Source: Myxococcota bacterium (lineage in GTDB: Bacteria > Myxococcota_A > UBA9160 > UBA4427). From it: 44,116 nucleotides of DNA. Location of the stretch: contig JAYZFK010000011.1 in NCBI GenBank assembly GCA_036336835.1, forward strand, positions 1 through 44,116, given 5' to 3'. Of the stretch, positions 10,795 through 19,123 are shown in pieces. The notes beneath the pieces are model-generated. The model was not told the origin of the DNA. It saw nothing but the letters and a program-made list of their open reading frames with translations, and did not search any database. Positions within the stretch are counted from its first letter, which is position 1. Every line of letters begins with the position of its first letter. The translations under genes were made by a program, and so were the position numbers.

Positions 10795-12456
10795 ATGGCG
10801 CACGATGTCGTGATTCGGAACGGGCAGGTGATCGACGGAACCGGGCGCCCCGGCTGGCTGGCCGACGTCGCGATCGACGGCGACACCATCACCGCCGTGG
10901 GAAGCGTCGAACAGCCCGGACGCCGTGAGATCGATGCACGCGGCCACATCGTGACGCCCGGCTTCGTCGACATCCATACCCATCTCGACGCGCAGATCGG
11001 TTGGGACCCGTACTTGACTCCCCTTTCGTGGCACGGTGTCACCACCGCGCTGCTCGGCAACTGCGGCGTAACTTTTGCTCCGGTTCGGCCCGACGACTCC
11101 CACACTCTCGCCGGCATGATGGAGACGGTCGAGGACATCCCGGCGCCGGCAATCCTGGGCGGGCTGCCGTGGAGCTGGGAAGGCTACGGCGGCTACCTCG
11201 ATGCCATCTCACAGAGCGCGCCCGCCATCAACGTCGCGGGCCTCGTCGGTCACTGCGCTGTTCGCTTCTACGTGATGGGCGAGCGCGCGGTCGACGAGCA
11301 GCCTAGCGAGGCCGAGATCGCGCGCATGGCCGAGGTCGTCGGCGAATCGCTCGCGGACGGTGCCATGGGCTTCTCTACTTCGCGGATCATCGGGCACCGC
11401 CTGCCGGACGGGCGAGACGTGCCCGGCACCCACGCCGAGCACCGCGAGCTGGTTCAGATCGCGGAAGCGGTGAAGGCGGCTGGCGGCGGGCTGATGCAGA
11501 ACGTGCTGAACCTCTCGGGGGACTTCGAGGGTGAGCTCGAATTGATCCGCAAGCAGGCCGAGACGACCGGAGACCGGGTGCTGTTCAGCATCACGGCGGG
11601 GCGCTCGGACCGCTCCGGAGATCTGTTCAACGACCGCATCGACGCGATGCGCGCGGAAGGGCTCGACGTGAACGGCGTGGCGATTCCGCGCGGCTCGGGC
11701 TTCGTGGCCGGCCTGGTGAACACGCTTCCCTGGAGCCACGGCGCGTGGCGCGATCTCCAGCGCCTCGACTTCGACGGAAGGCTCGCGGCAGTCGACGACG
11801 ACGCGACCTTCGCCGCGCTGGTCGAGGACGCCCGCGGCGACCAGGGCTTCTTCTCGCAGGTGCCGCTGTTCTGGCTCGGAGACAGGCAGACCCCCGACTA
11901 TCGATTCTGCGACGAGAACTCGGTCGCACGCCTCGCCGAGTCGGCGGGCGAGCACCCCGCCGAGACCTTTCTGCGCATCAGCCGCGAGACTCGCGGTCGC
12001 GCGCTCTTCGTGCTGCAGATGTTCAATCCAAACATTCGCGCCGTCGCCGACCTGATCTCGAAGGGTCACGTCCTTCCCGGCCTGGGGGATGCCGGCGCTC
12101 ACGTCGGACAGGTGATGGACGCCGGTTGGTGCTCCTTCGTGCTTGCGCACTGGGTTCGCGAGACGAGCCTGTTCAGTGCCGAAGAAGGCGTGCGGCGCAT
12201 GACGTCTGCGCCCGCCCGGATCGCAGGTCTCAGCGACCGGGGCCGCATCGAGCCCGGTCTGCGCGCTGACCTCAACGTGATCGACCTCGAACGCGTCGAG
12301 GAGTGCATGCCGGAATTCGTCCACGACTTCCCCGACAACGCGGGCCGCTTCATTCAGCGAGCCCGAGGCTACCGGGCCACCCTCTGCAACGGTCAGATCA
12401 TCCTCGAGGACGACGACCACACCGGTGCGCGAGGGGGGCAGATCCTGCGCCGGTAG
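10795..12456 (+). CDS. N-acyl-D-amino-acid deacylase-like amidohydrolase
   Basis: IDGTG, PGFVDIHTHLD, HGVTT..GNCG, DAGAH, DRGRIEPG; GGAGG RBS. Confidence 0.9.
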   Translation: MAHDVVIRNGQVIDGTGRPGWLADVAIDGDTITAVGSVEQPGRREIDARGHIVTPGFVDIHTHLDAQIGWDPYLTPLSWHGVTTALLGNCGVTFAPVRPDDSHTLAGMMETVEDIPAPAILGGLPWSWEGYGGYLDAISQSAPAINVAGLVGHCAVRFYVMGERAVDEQPSEAEIARMAEVVGESLADGAMGFSTSRIIGHRLPDGRDVPGTHAEHRELVQIAEAVKAAGGGLMQNVLNLSGDFEGELELIRKQAETTGDRVLFSITAGRSDRSGDLFNDRIDAMRAEGLDVNGVAIPRGSGFVAGLVNTLPWSHGAWRDLQRLDFDGRLAAVDDDATFAALVEDARGDQGFFSQVPLFWLGDRQTPDYRFCDENSVARLAESAGEHPAETFLRISRETRGRALFVLQMFNPNIRAVADLISKGHVLPGLGDAGAHVGQVMDAGWCSFVLAHWVRETSLFSAEEGVRRMTSAPARIAGLSDRGRIEPGLRADLNVIDLERVEECMPEFVHDFPDNAGRFIQRARGYRATLCNGQIILEDDDHTGARGGQILRR

Positions 12457-12477
12457 TCAGGAGCTGCTGCAACCCCG

Positions 12478-12660
12478 CTACGAGAGGCGGGTGTCCCGGA
12501 CCTTCCGGTATTCGTCCTCGAGAACGCGACGGTAGAGCTTCCCGGTGGAGTGACGAGGAAGGTCGTCGCGGAAGTCGACGCTGCGGGCACCCTCGACGTC
12601 GGCCGAGTGCTCACGACAGTGGACGGCCAGCTCCCGGTCGAGAGCTCCTGCTTGAGCGGC
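12478..12660 (-). pseudogene. Decayed C-terminal remnant of an acyl-CoA synthetase
   Basis: RELAVHCREHSADVEGARSVDFRDDLPRHSTGKLYRRVLEDEY aligns with RELIAFCRERLASYKCPRSVDFRDALPRSDTGKLFKRRLRDEY of the intact synthetase at 17357-18913; no recognisable upstream domain. Confidence 0.8.
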
Positions 12661-12697
12661 GCCGCCCCGACTGCGATGCTGTGCCAGACTCCATTCG

Positions 12698-13609
12698 ATG
12701 ACCGCCACTGCTCCCGAGCGACGATCGCGCGTCGACGTCGCCATCGACCGATTGATCGCGATCGCTTCGGACGAACCGACGAGCGATCCACTTCCGAGAC
12801 TCCGCGCGTTCGAGCTGATCCTGCTCGTCCACCTGCTCGCGACGGTCGCTACGGGAGCCTTCCCACGCACACACGTCGAACCGGGCCTGCAGATGTTCCT
12901 CGCCGCGGTGCTCGGCGGCTGTCTCGCGCTGTGGTTCACACCACGATTTGCGCGGCTCGCAATCGCGGGTGCGTTCTGCGCGATGCTCGGACTGCAATAC
13001 CTGGTCTTCCCACAGACCGGAAATCACAGCTTCCTCGAGCTGTGGCTGTTGCTTCTACTCGTCCTGGTCGGCCGCTCGACGCGTGACGAAGGCGTAGTGC
13101 TGCTCGCCACACTGCGCGGGATCGTCGCGATCATGCTCTTCTACACGGGTCTCCAGAAGCTGCTGCACGGCACCTACGTGGACGCTCAGTTCCTCTCCGC
13201 GCAAATCATGCTCAAGCCGCAGTTCGCCGAGGTCTTCGGCTGGATCGTGCCGGCCGACGAGATCACGAGACTGCAGACCCTGCAGTGGGATCGCGTCGGC
13301 GCCGGGCCGATCCGGAGCGACGCTCCTCTCCTGATACTCGCGTCGAACGTCGTCTATCTCTTCGAGCTCGCGATCCCACTCCTGCTGCTGTGGCGGCCGA
13401 CGCGCCGTGCGGCAGTGATCGCGCTGCTGCCGTTCACCATTGCGATTCAGTTCGGCGCGCGCGAGGCGTTCTTCGGCGGTCTGCTGGTCAACCTGGCCCT
13501 GCTCTTCTGGCCGCGCGATCTGCACTCGCGGGCGCTATGGATCTTCCTGGCCTACTACGCGGCACTCGCGACACTGCGGTTCGCGCTCCCGGACGCGGTG
13601 CTGCGATGA
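12698..13609 (+). CDS. HTTM-like (SdpB / vitamin K-dependent carboxylase-like) membrane protein
   Basis: Multi-TM; GNH..L, LFYTGLQK, LFELAIPLLLLWRPTRR, EAFFGG resemble HTTM motifs. Confidence 0.6.
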   Translation: MTATAPERRSRVDVAIDRLIAIASDEPTSDPLPRLRAFELILLVHLLATVATGAFPRTHVEPGLQMFLAAVLGGCLALWFTPRFARLAIAGAFCAMLGLQYLVFPQTGNHSFLELWLLLLLVLVGRSTRDEGVVLLATLRGIVAIMLFYTGLQKLLHGTYVDAQFLSAQIMLKPQFAEVFGWIVPADEITRLQTLQWDRVGAGPIRSDAPLLILASNVVYLFELAIPLLLLWRPTRRAAVIALLPFTIAIQFGAREAFFGGLLVNLALLFWPRDLHSRALWIFLAYYAALATLRFALPDAVLR

Positions 13610-14034
13610 TTGCGCGTCGAAAGCGACGCCTGGCTGCCGCATTACTGATCGTGTTCACGACCTGGCCGCTCGTGCACTACCAGCTGGTGCGTGTCTACCG
13701 ACTCGACCCGTGGAAGTTCGGCGGCTGGGCGATGTACACCGTCGTCAACTTCCTTCCGAGGGTAGAAGTGTTCGCCATGCGCGGCGGCGAGCGCCAGCAG
13801 CTCGGGCTGGGAAGTCACGACCTCCCCGCCTCGCGAGCGGCAAGCGAGCAGCTGGTCTTCGATGCCAAGTTCTACGGCGAGCTCGCGGACCCCGAGCCGC
13901 TGGCGCGCATCGCAGCATCGGAGGTCGGAGGCGACGTCGCGATCGAGGTCGTCATCACCCGCTTCTTCGTGGATCGCAGCTCGGCGCGCGTGAGTGCCAC
14001 GCGCCGCAGCTTCTTCTACGAGCCTCCACGCTGA
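13606..14034 (+). CDS. Small membrane-anchored protein, SdpA-like partner of the HTTM protein
   Basis: ATGA overlap at 13606-13609; one N-terminal TM followed by DPWKFGGWAMY and a soluble domain. Confidence 0.6.
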   Translation: MIARRKRRLAAALLIVFTTWPLVHYQLVRVYRLDPWKFGGWAMYTVVNFLPRVEVFAMRGGERQQLGLGSHDLPASRAASEQLVFDAKFYGELADPEPLARIAASEVGGDVAIEVVITRFFVDRSSARVSATRRSFFYEPPR

Positions 14035-14085
14035 AGCGGACCCCCGCCAGGTCGGACGCCATGCAGCCTCCACGAAGCCGAGACT

Positions 14086-15096
14086 TCACGGCCGCTCCGG
14101 TTGGCGTTCTCGCGGATACCACTGCGTCGATCCGCCCTGGTTCTCTCCCCAGCCCTCGGCACCGTCCCACCTCCAGTAGAACAGGCCGTTCCCCGAGCCA
14201 CCCCGGGTTGGGCCTGTCGGAGTCTCGTGACTCACGAGCTCGCCGGTAGCGCGCAGCTCGCGCCCCAGCGTATCGACGGCCTCGAGCTCGATGTGCCAGA
14301 TCCACTCTCGCTCTGGCTCGACGATGCAGCGGCGTTCGCCCGAGACCAGGTGTGCCCAGACGCCGTCGCGGATCAGGTATCCGGTCGCGACTTCGTCCAG
14401 CTCCGTTCCCTGGTACATCATCGAGTAGGCGAGGAAGGAATCGCGGGGAGACGCCGTCGCGAGGACATAGCCGAGCTGGAACTCCGGAGTGGGCTTGCGC
14501 GCCGGCGCGCCCGGACGCGGGGGCGGGCGCTTCGCGCCCTTCGGCGGCCGTGGACTCCAGCTTCGATCGCGTCCGGCGTGACAATCGATCACGAGCTTCT
14601 CTCCACCGAGGACCAGCTCACCCGTGACGTGCATGGCCTGATCGAAGTGACGGCCCTTCCAGAAGGGCGCGACGCCCACCGGGTGCGGGTTCGGCTGCAT
14701 CACGGACTCGAAGATCAGCTCGGCCTCGAAGCGGCCAGGATCGTGGCGCGTGACCCGATACCGGTGCAGTGGCTCCAACATCTGGAGGTGGTTGCCGCCG
14801 GGCGTCACGATGTCGCGAAGATCCCGCTCGGCCGGTAGCGGTTCGCCCTCGACCAGCGACCGGTAGGGCGACTCGTCCTGATCGTCCCACACGAACGCCC
14901 CACCGTTGTAGAGCCCCGTGTCGCCCTGGTTCGGCAAGAACTGGTTGTAGAACCAGCCGCTCAGCTTGCGCTCGGGGACGAAGAAGGAGGTCCAGAACGT
15001 CTCGACGAACCAGGGATGACTCGTCGGCTCGTGAAAGCCGTCGTCCTGCGGCTCGACCACCCAGCCGGTGATGTCGTCCAGATTCGGCACCTGCAA
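14086..15096 (-). CDS. AttH/tocopherol-cyclase-like beta protein of unknown function
   Basis: WFVETFWTSFFVPERKLSGWFY and HFDQAMHVTG...GRDRSW patterns of lipocalin-like proteins found beside phosphotransferases. Start 15096 or 15090. Confidence 0.6.
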   Translation of the reverse strand: MQVPNLDDITGWVVEPQDDGFHEPTSHPWFVETFWTSFFVPERKLSGWFYNQFLPNQGDTGLYNGGAFVWDDQDESPYRSLVEGEPLPAERDLRDIVTPGGNHLQMLEPLHRYRVTRHDPGRFEAELIFESVMQPNPHPVGVAPFWKGRHFDQAMHVTGELVLGGEKLVIDCHAGRDRSWSPRPPKGAKRPPPRPGAPARKPTPEFQLGYVLATASPRDSFLAYSMMYQGTELDEVATGYLIRDGVWAHLVSGERRCIVEPEREWIWHIELEAVDTLGRELRATGELVSHETPTGPTRGGSGNGLFYWRWDGAEGWGENQGGSTQWYPRERQPERP

Positions 15097-15119
15097 CCCC
15101 CTCGCCCTGGTTCGACCGG

Positions 15120-15153
15120 GTCGAGCTAGTCGAGCTAGTCGAGCTAGTCGAGC
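15120..15153. repeat. 9-bp tandem repeat (GTCGAGCTA)x3 + GTCGAGC
   Basis: Read directly; overlaps the phosphotransferase stop codon. Confidence 0.95.
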
Positions 15154-16565
15154 GGCGGATAGTGTCGGTCAGCGAGCGCACCCATCGAGGCAGCGAGGAT
15201 CGACGTCTCGCGCAGCGTGCGCCGGTGGATCGCGCCGAGCGCGGTCGCGGCTTCGATACTTCCCGCGCCAATGCGTTCTACCAGGGCCAGTCGGCCCGCG
15301 TCGACACTGGCCGGTGGCGTGCCGAGCACTGCTGCCAGATCGCGCAGTTCGTCTTCGGCGAAGGCGGCGCCGCTCTCCTCGCGTGATTGCAGGTACTTGA
15401 TCAGCCGAGCCAGTCCCTTTGCGCGGTGCACGACGACCTGGTCGTGGCTTCGCGGCACGATCACGTCGCGGATCTCGCCGAGTGCCACCTCGAAGTACGG
15501 CGCCGCAGCGGAGCGCTCCGCTTCGGGAAGTGTGCACTCCTCGAGCTCGACATCCATCGCCTGCGCCAGCTCCTCGACGAACACGCGCTTGTGAAGCATC
15601 GAGTAGCCCATCGCAGTCCCGACTGCGCCGCCCAGCTCGACGATGCTCTCCGGCTGCTGCACCCATGTGCGATGCGATCCAACGATCAGCTGGAGCAGGC
15701 AATAGAGCCGGTAGAAACGGACTCGGGCGAGCTCGACGGGCGTACCCGTCGCGTTCTCGTACTCGGCAAACAGCGCTGGTAGCGCAACGAAGGGTTGGAA
15801 CAGGCTGCGAATGCTGATCCAGGCAAAATCTTCGAGCGGATCTCCGAGATGAGCGAGCTCCCAGTCGAGCAGCACCGTCACCCGTCCGTCCTGGTGCAAA
15901 AAATTCGCGGGGCCGGCGTCGCCGTGAACGATCACCGGCGGTCCGTCGTAGGCCGGAACGTTGCGGCGTAGCCAGTCGAGCCCGAAGACGATCAGCGGAT
16001 CGGGCAAGCCGCCCTCGAGGTGCTCTCTCTCCAGTACTGCGAGTCGCTCGCGAAGGGTGTGTTCGACGGGCTGCTGCGGTCCGAATCCCTCGAGCTCGAG
16101 CGTCTCGGGATCGAGGGCGTGAAGCTTCCCGAGCTCGCGAACGAAGTCGAACGCCACCCGCTGGCGTTCGCCCGGGTCCGAGATCCGCGAGAAGAGCGTC
16201 TCGCCCTCGACGAATTCGAACAACAGGGCCCGCTGTTCGACGCTGTAGGCGATTAGTCGGGGCGTGCGCAGCTCACGATCGTTCAACGCCGTCAGCAACG
16301 AACCCTCACGCTGGTAGTGCGCATCGCTGCCGAGACCGCGTGTGGACGTCCGGTTTCGGGCGTAGACGAGGAAGCACGCACGCAGGCCGCCGTCCCGGGT
16401 TCGAACGTCGACTGCGGCCCCCTCGCGCACCGCACCGCCCCCGGCGCGCGGCTCGATCCGTTCGATCGGGCCCCCGAGCGCGTGCTCGATCCAGTGGACG
16501 AGCCGCTCGGGCAGCAGGCTGCGATCGACGACCTCGACGCCCGGTCGATCCCGGGGCGCGCTCAT
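15144..16565 (-). CDS. APH-family phosphotransferase with C-terminal helical extension
   Basis: VHGDAGPANFL (HGDxxxxN) and LLDWELAHLGDPLED; ATGA overlap with the upstream enoyl-CoA hydratase. Confidence 0.9.
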   Translation of the reverse strand: MSAPRDRPGVEVVDRSLLPERLVHWIEHALGGPIERIEPRAGGGAVREGAAVDVRTRDGGLRACFLVYARNRTSTRGLGSDAHYQREGSLLTALNDRELRTPRLIAYSVEQRALLFEFVEGETLFSRISDPGERQRVAFDFVRELGKLHALDPETLELEGFGPQQPVEHTLRERLAVLEREHLEGGLPDPLIVFGLDWLRRNVPAYDGPPVIVHGDAGPANFLHQDGRVTVLLDWELAHLGDPLEDFAWISIRSLFQPFVALPALFAEYENATGTPVELARVRFYRLYCLLQLIVGSHRTWVQQPESIVELGGAVGTAMGYSMLHKRVFVEELAQAMDVELEECTLPEAERSAAAPYFEVALGEIRDVIVPRSHDQVVVHRAKGLARLIKYLQSREESGAAFAEDELRDLAAVLGTPPASVDAGRLALVERIGAGSIEAATALGAIHRRTLRETSILAASMGALADRHYPPLD

Positions 16566-17338
16566 CGGGTCTCGGGCTTGCGACCGCGCGAGCGTGTTCC
16601 CGGCGGCCCGCCGAGGTCGTTGCCGATGTGCGTATAGGCGATCCCGTTCTGGAGTGCAGCGGAGCGCGTCATGTCGAGCGATTCCCAGATGGCGCGGACG
16701 GTTCCCTGAACGCCCGCCGGCCGGCGCGCCGCGATCTCGCCGGCAATCTGCTGGGCCCGGTCCCACAGATCGGCGCGAGGCACGACCTCGCTCACCAGCC
16801 CGACGCGAAGCGCCGTCTCGGCACCGACCCGCTCCTCGCTGCCCATCAGCGCCCAGCGCAGCACATCCCCGATCGGGACGCCCCGCGCCACCATGCCGAT
16901 CGGCTCGAGCGCCGAGACGATGCCGGCGTTCGCGTGCGGATCGAAGAAGGTCGCATCGTCGGAGCAGATGATGATGTCCGCTTCGTTCAGGAAGTACTGT
17001 CCCCCGCCCGCGCACATGCCGTGTACCGCTACGATCACCGGCTTCCACACTTTGTTGTGCCGCGGACCGAAGACGGTTCCCGGGTCCTCGTGATTCCAGA
17101 TGTTCCAATCGCCCCACCACTTGCCGGCCTTGATGTCGATGCCGGTACAGAACGCCTTCTCGCCAGCCGCGCGCAAGACGACGGCGTGGATGTCGTCGGT
17201 CTCGCGCACCGTCTTCCAGACAGTCAGCATCTCCGTGGCCATCTTCTCGGTGAACGCGTTGTAGGCGTCGGGCCGGTTCAGGGTAACGGTCGCGACGTGG
17301 TCATCTGCCACCTCGAACTGGATGTCCTGAAAGTCCAT
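16562..17338 (-). CDS. Enoyl-CoA hydratase/isomerase family protein
   Basis: VTLNRPDAYNA, AFCTGID, KPVIVAVHGMCAGGG, GLVSEVVP; AGGAG RBS. Confidence 0.92.
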   Translation of the reverse strand: MDFQDIQFEVADDHVATVTLNRPDAYNAFTEKMATEMLTVWKTVRETDDIHAVVLRAAGEKAFCTGIDIKAGKWWGDWNIWNHEDPGTVFGPRHNKVWKPVIVAVHGMCAGGGQYFLNEADIIICSDDATFFDPHANAGIVSALEPIGMVARGVPIGDVLRWALMGSEERVGAETALRVGLVSEVVPRADLWDRAQQIAGEIAARRPAGVQGTVRAIWESLDMTRSAALQNGIAYTHIGNDLGGPPGTRSRGRKPETR

Positions 17339-17356
17339 GAAGCGCTCCTTCTCCCT

Positions 17357-18913
17357 CTAGACGTGGCGGCCGGCGCCGGCCCAGTACTCGTCGCGCAGTC
17401 GACGCTTGAACAGCTTCCCGGTATCGCTGCGCGGCAGCGCGTCGCGGAAGTCGACCGAGCGCGGACATTTGTAGCTGGCAAGCCGCTCGCGACAGAAGGC
17501 GATCAGCTCTCTGCCGAGCGTTTCGCGCTCGGCGTCCTGGATCGCCCCGGCTGCCAGCTCCACGACGGCCTTGACCTGCTCGCCCCACTCGTCGTCCGGG
17601 ATGCCGATGACAGCGACATCGGCGACGGCCGAATGCTCGACGAGGACAGCCTCGACCTCGGCGGGATAGACGTTGACACCGCCCGTGATGATCATGTCCT
17701 TCGCACGATCGGAGATGAACAGATAGCCGTCCTCGTCGAGGTAGCCCATGTCGCCAATCGTGAATCCCGTACCGCTGAAGATCTTTTCGGTTTCGCTGCG
17801 AGCGCCGGTGTACTCGAACGACCTCGACCCCATGTCGATGTAGACCTGACCGACTCGGTCGGGCGGCAGCGCGTTGCCGTCCTCGTCGAGGATCCGAACC
17901 GTCACACCGCGCACGCTCCGACCCACGGTGCCCGGCTTCTCGAGCCAGCGATGGGGCTTAGCGATCGTCGCCGCACCTTCCATGCCGCCATAGGTCTCCC
18001 AGATCACGGGTCCCCACCAGTCCATCATCCGCTGCTTGATGACTCGCGGGCAAGGAGCTGCAGAGTGCGCGACGACCTCGAGACTCGACAGATCGTGGCG
18101 GGCCCTGGTCTCCTCGGGAAGCTGGAGCAGGCGATGGAACATGGTGGGCACCATGTAGGCGGTCGTCACCCGATGTTCCTGGATCACTCGTAGAACCGAT
18201 TCGGCGTCGAACTTCGGCAGGATCACGAGCGCCTGACCGATGTTCAGCGCTCCGATGTAGAAGGTGCGGCAGCCACCGTGGTGCATGCCGGCCGACACCA
18301 GGTGGCAGCCTATCCGCGGTGCGAACCCGAAGGCCCTGCCGAAGATGGCTGCCTCGTTCGCGCGCTGCGAAGGGTCGCCCTCGGGAAGCGAGCGGCGCAC
18401 GCCCTTCGGCCGACCCGTGGTCCCTGAGGAGAAGCTGAACTGCTGTCCCGGGCTTCGATCATCGGGCAGCGTCGTCGGGTGTGGTGCGAGGAACTCCTCG
18501 ACGGACATCACGCCCGGAATCTCACCGATTGCGAGGATCGCGAGCAGCCCGGGATTCCCCACGAGCTCGCTCATCGCGGCGGCATGGAGCTCGTGCCCGA
18601 CCAGCACCGCGGCGCCGGACGCGTCGAGAACACCGGCAATCTCCTTCGCCGAGAGATGCGGGTTGAGCATCACGAAGTAGAAGCCGCTCTCCTCGCACGC
18701 GAGCGACCACTCGACGATGTGAAGATCGTTGGGCAGGAGCACGGCGACGGCGTCACCTCGCCTGAGGCCCGCAGCGCGCAGAGCGTGCACGATGCGATGA
18801 GCCTGACCCACGAGTTCCCCAAACGAGCGGGAGCCCGACGGCGATGCGAGGATCGCGGGCGCTTCCGGGTGGTCCTCCGCAATGCACCAGACGCCGAGCC
18901 GTTGTGCCATCAT
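17357..18913 (-). CDS. Acyl-CoA synthetase (AMP-forming)
   Basis: SSGTTGRPKG, ETYGGMEG, GDMGYLD, DRAKDMII, TGKLFKR; GGAG RBS; start 18913 or 18910. Confidence 0.93.
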   Translation of the reverse strand: MMAQRLGVWCIAEDHPEAPAILASPSGSRSFGELVGQAHRIVHALRAAGLRRGDAVAVLLPNDLHIVEWSLACEESGFYFVMLNPHLSAKEIAGVLDASGAAVLVGHELHAAAMSELVGNPGLLAILAIGEIPGVMSVEEFLAPHPTTLPDDRSPGQQFSFSSGTTGRPKGVRRSLPEGDPSQRANEAAIFGRAFGFAPRIGCHLVSAGMHHGGCRTFYIGALNIGQALVILPKFDAESVLRVIQEHRVTTAYMVPTMFHRLLQLPEETRARHDLSSLEVVAHSAAPCPRVIKQRMMDWWGPVIWETYGGMEGAATIAKPHRWLEKPGTVGRSVRGVTVRILDEDGNALPPDRVGQVYIDMGSRSFEYTGARSETEKIFSGTGFTIGDMGYLDEDGYLFISDRAKDMIITGGVNVYPAEVEAVLVEHSAVADVAVIGIPDDEWGEQVKAVVELAAGAIQDAERETLGRELIAFCRERLASYKCPRSVDFRDALPRSDTGKLFKRRLRDEYWAGAGRHV

Positions 18914-18935
18914 CTGCTCCGACTCCAGCCAACCC

Positions 18936-18989
18936 GTCGAGCACGTCGAGCACGTCGAGCACGTCGAGCACGTCGAGCACGTCGAGCAA
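18936..18989. repeat. 9-bp tandem repeat (GTCGAGCAC)x5 + GTCGAGCAA
   Basis: Read directly; lies upstream of the acyl-CoA synthetase start. Confidence 0.95.
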
Positions 18990-19123
18990 CCGGAAAAAGA
19001 TTGCCCTATTATCCGGACTGGAATCCGGAACCGCAAACCGGAACTGGTCGGGACGCCTTGCTCTCAGCACGCGCACCGACGATCGGTTGCGAAGCCACAT
19101 GGGCCCGCCGGCAAACGGGAAGC

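Noticed and set aside
12698..13609. HTTM-like protein as substitute for the missing MauE
   Set aside because: About 17 kb away, lacks the CGC motif of MauE, no linkage evidence.
15120..18989. 9-bp arrays as CRISPR repeats or transposon ends
   Set aside because: No spacers, units too short, no cas or transposase genes.
18914..19036. Cys-rich (CST)n N-terminal extension of the acyl-CoA synthetase, and (VEH)n or (VLD)n peptides in other frames
   Set aside because: These are only translations of the 9-bp DNA repeat; a GGAG RBS and ATG lie at 18913/18910.
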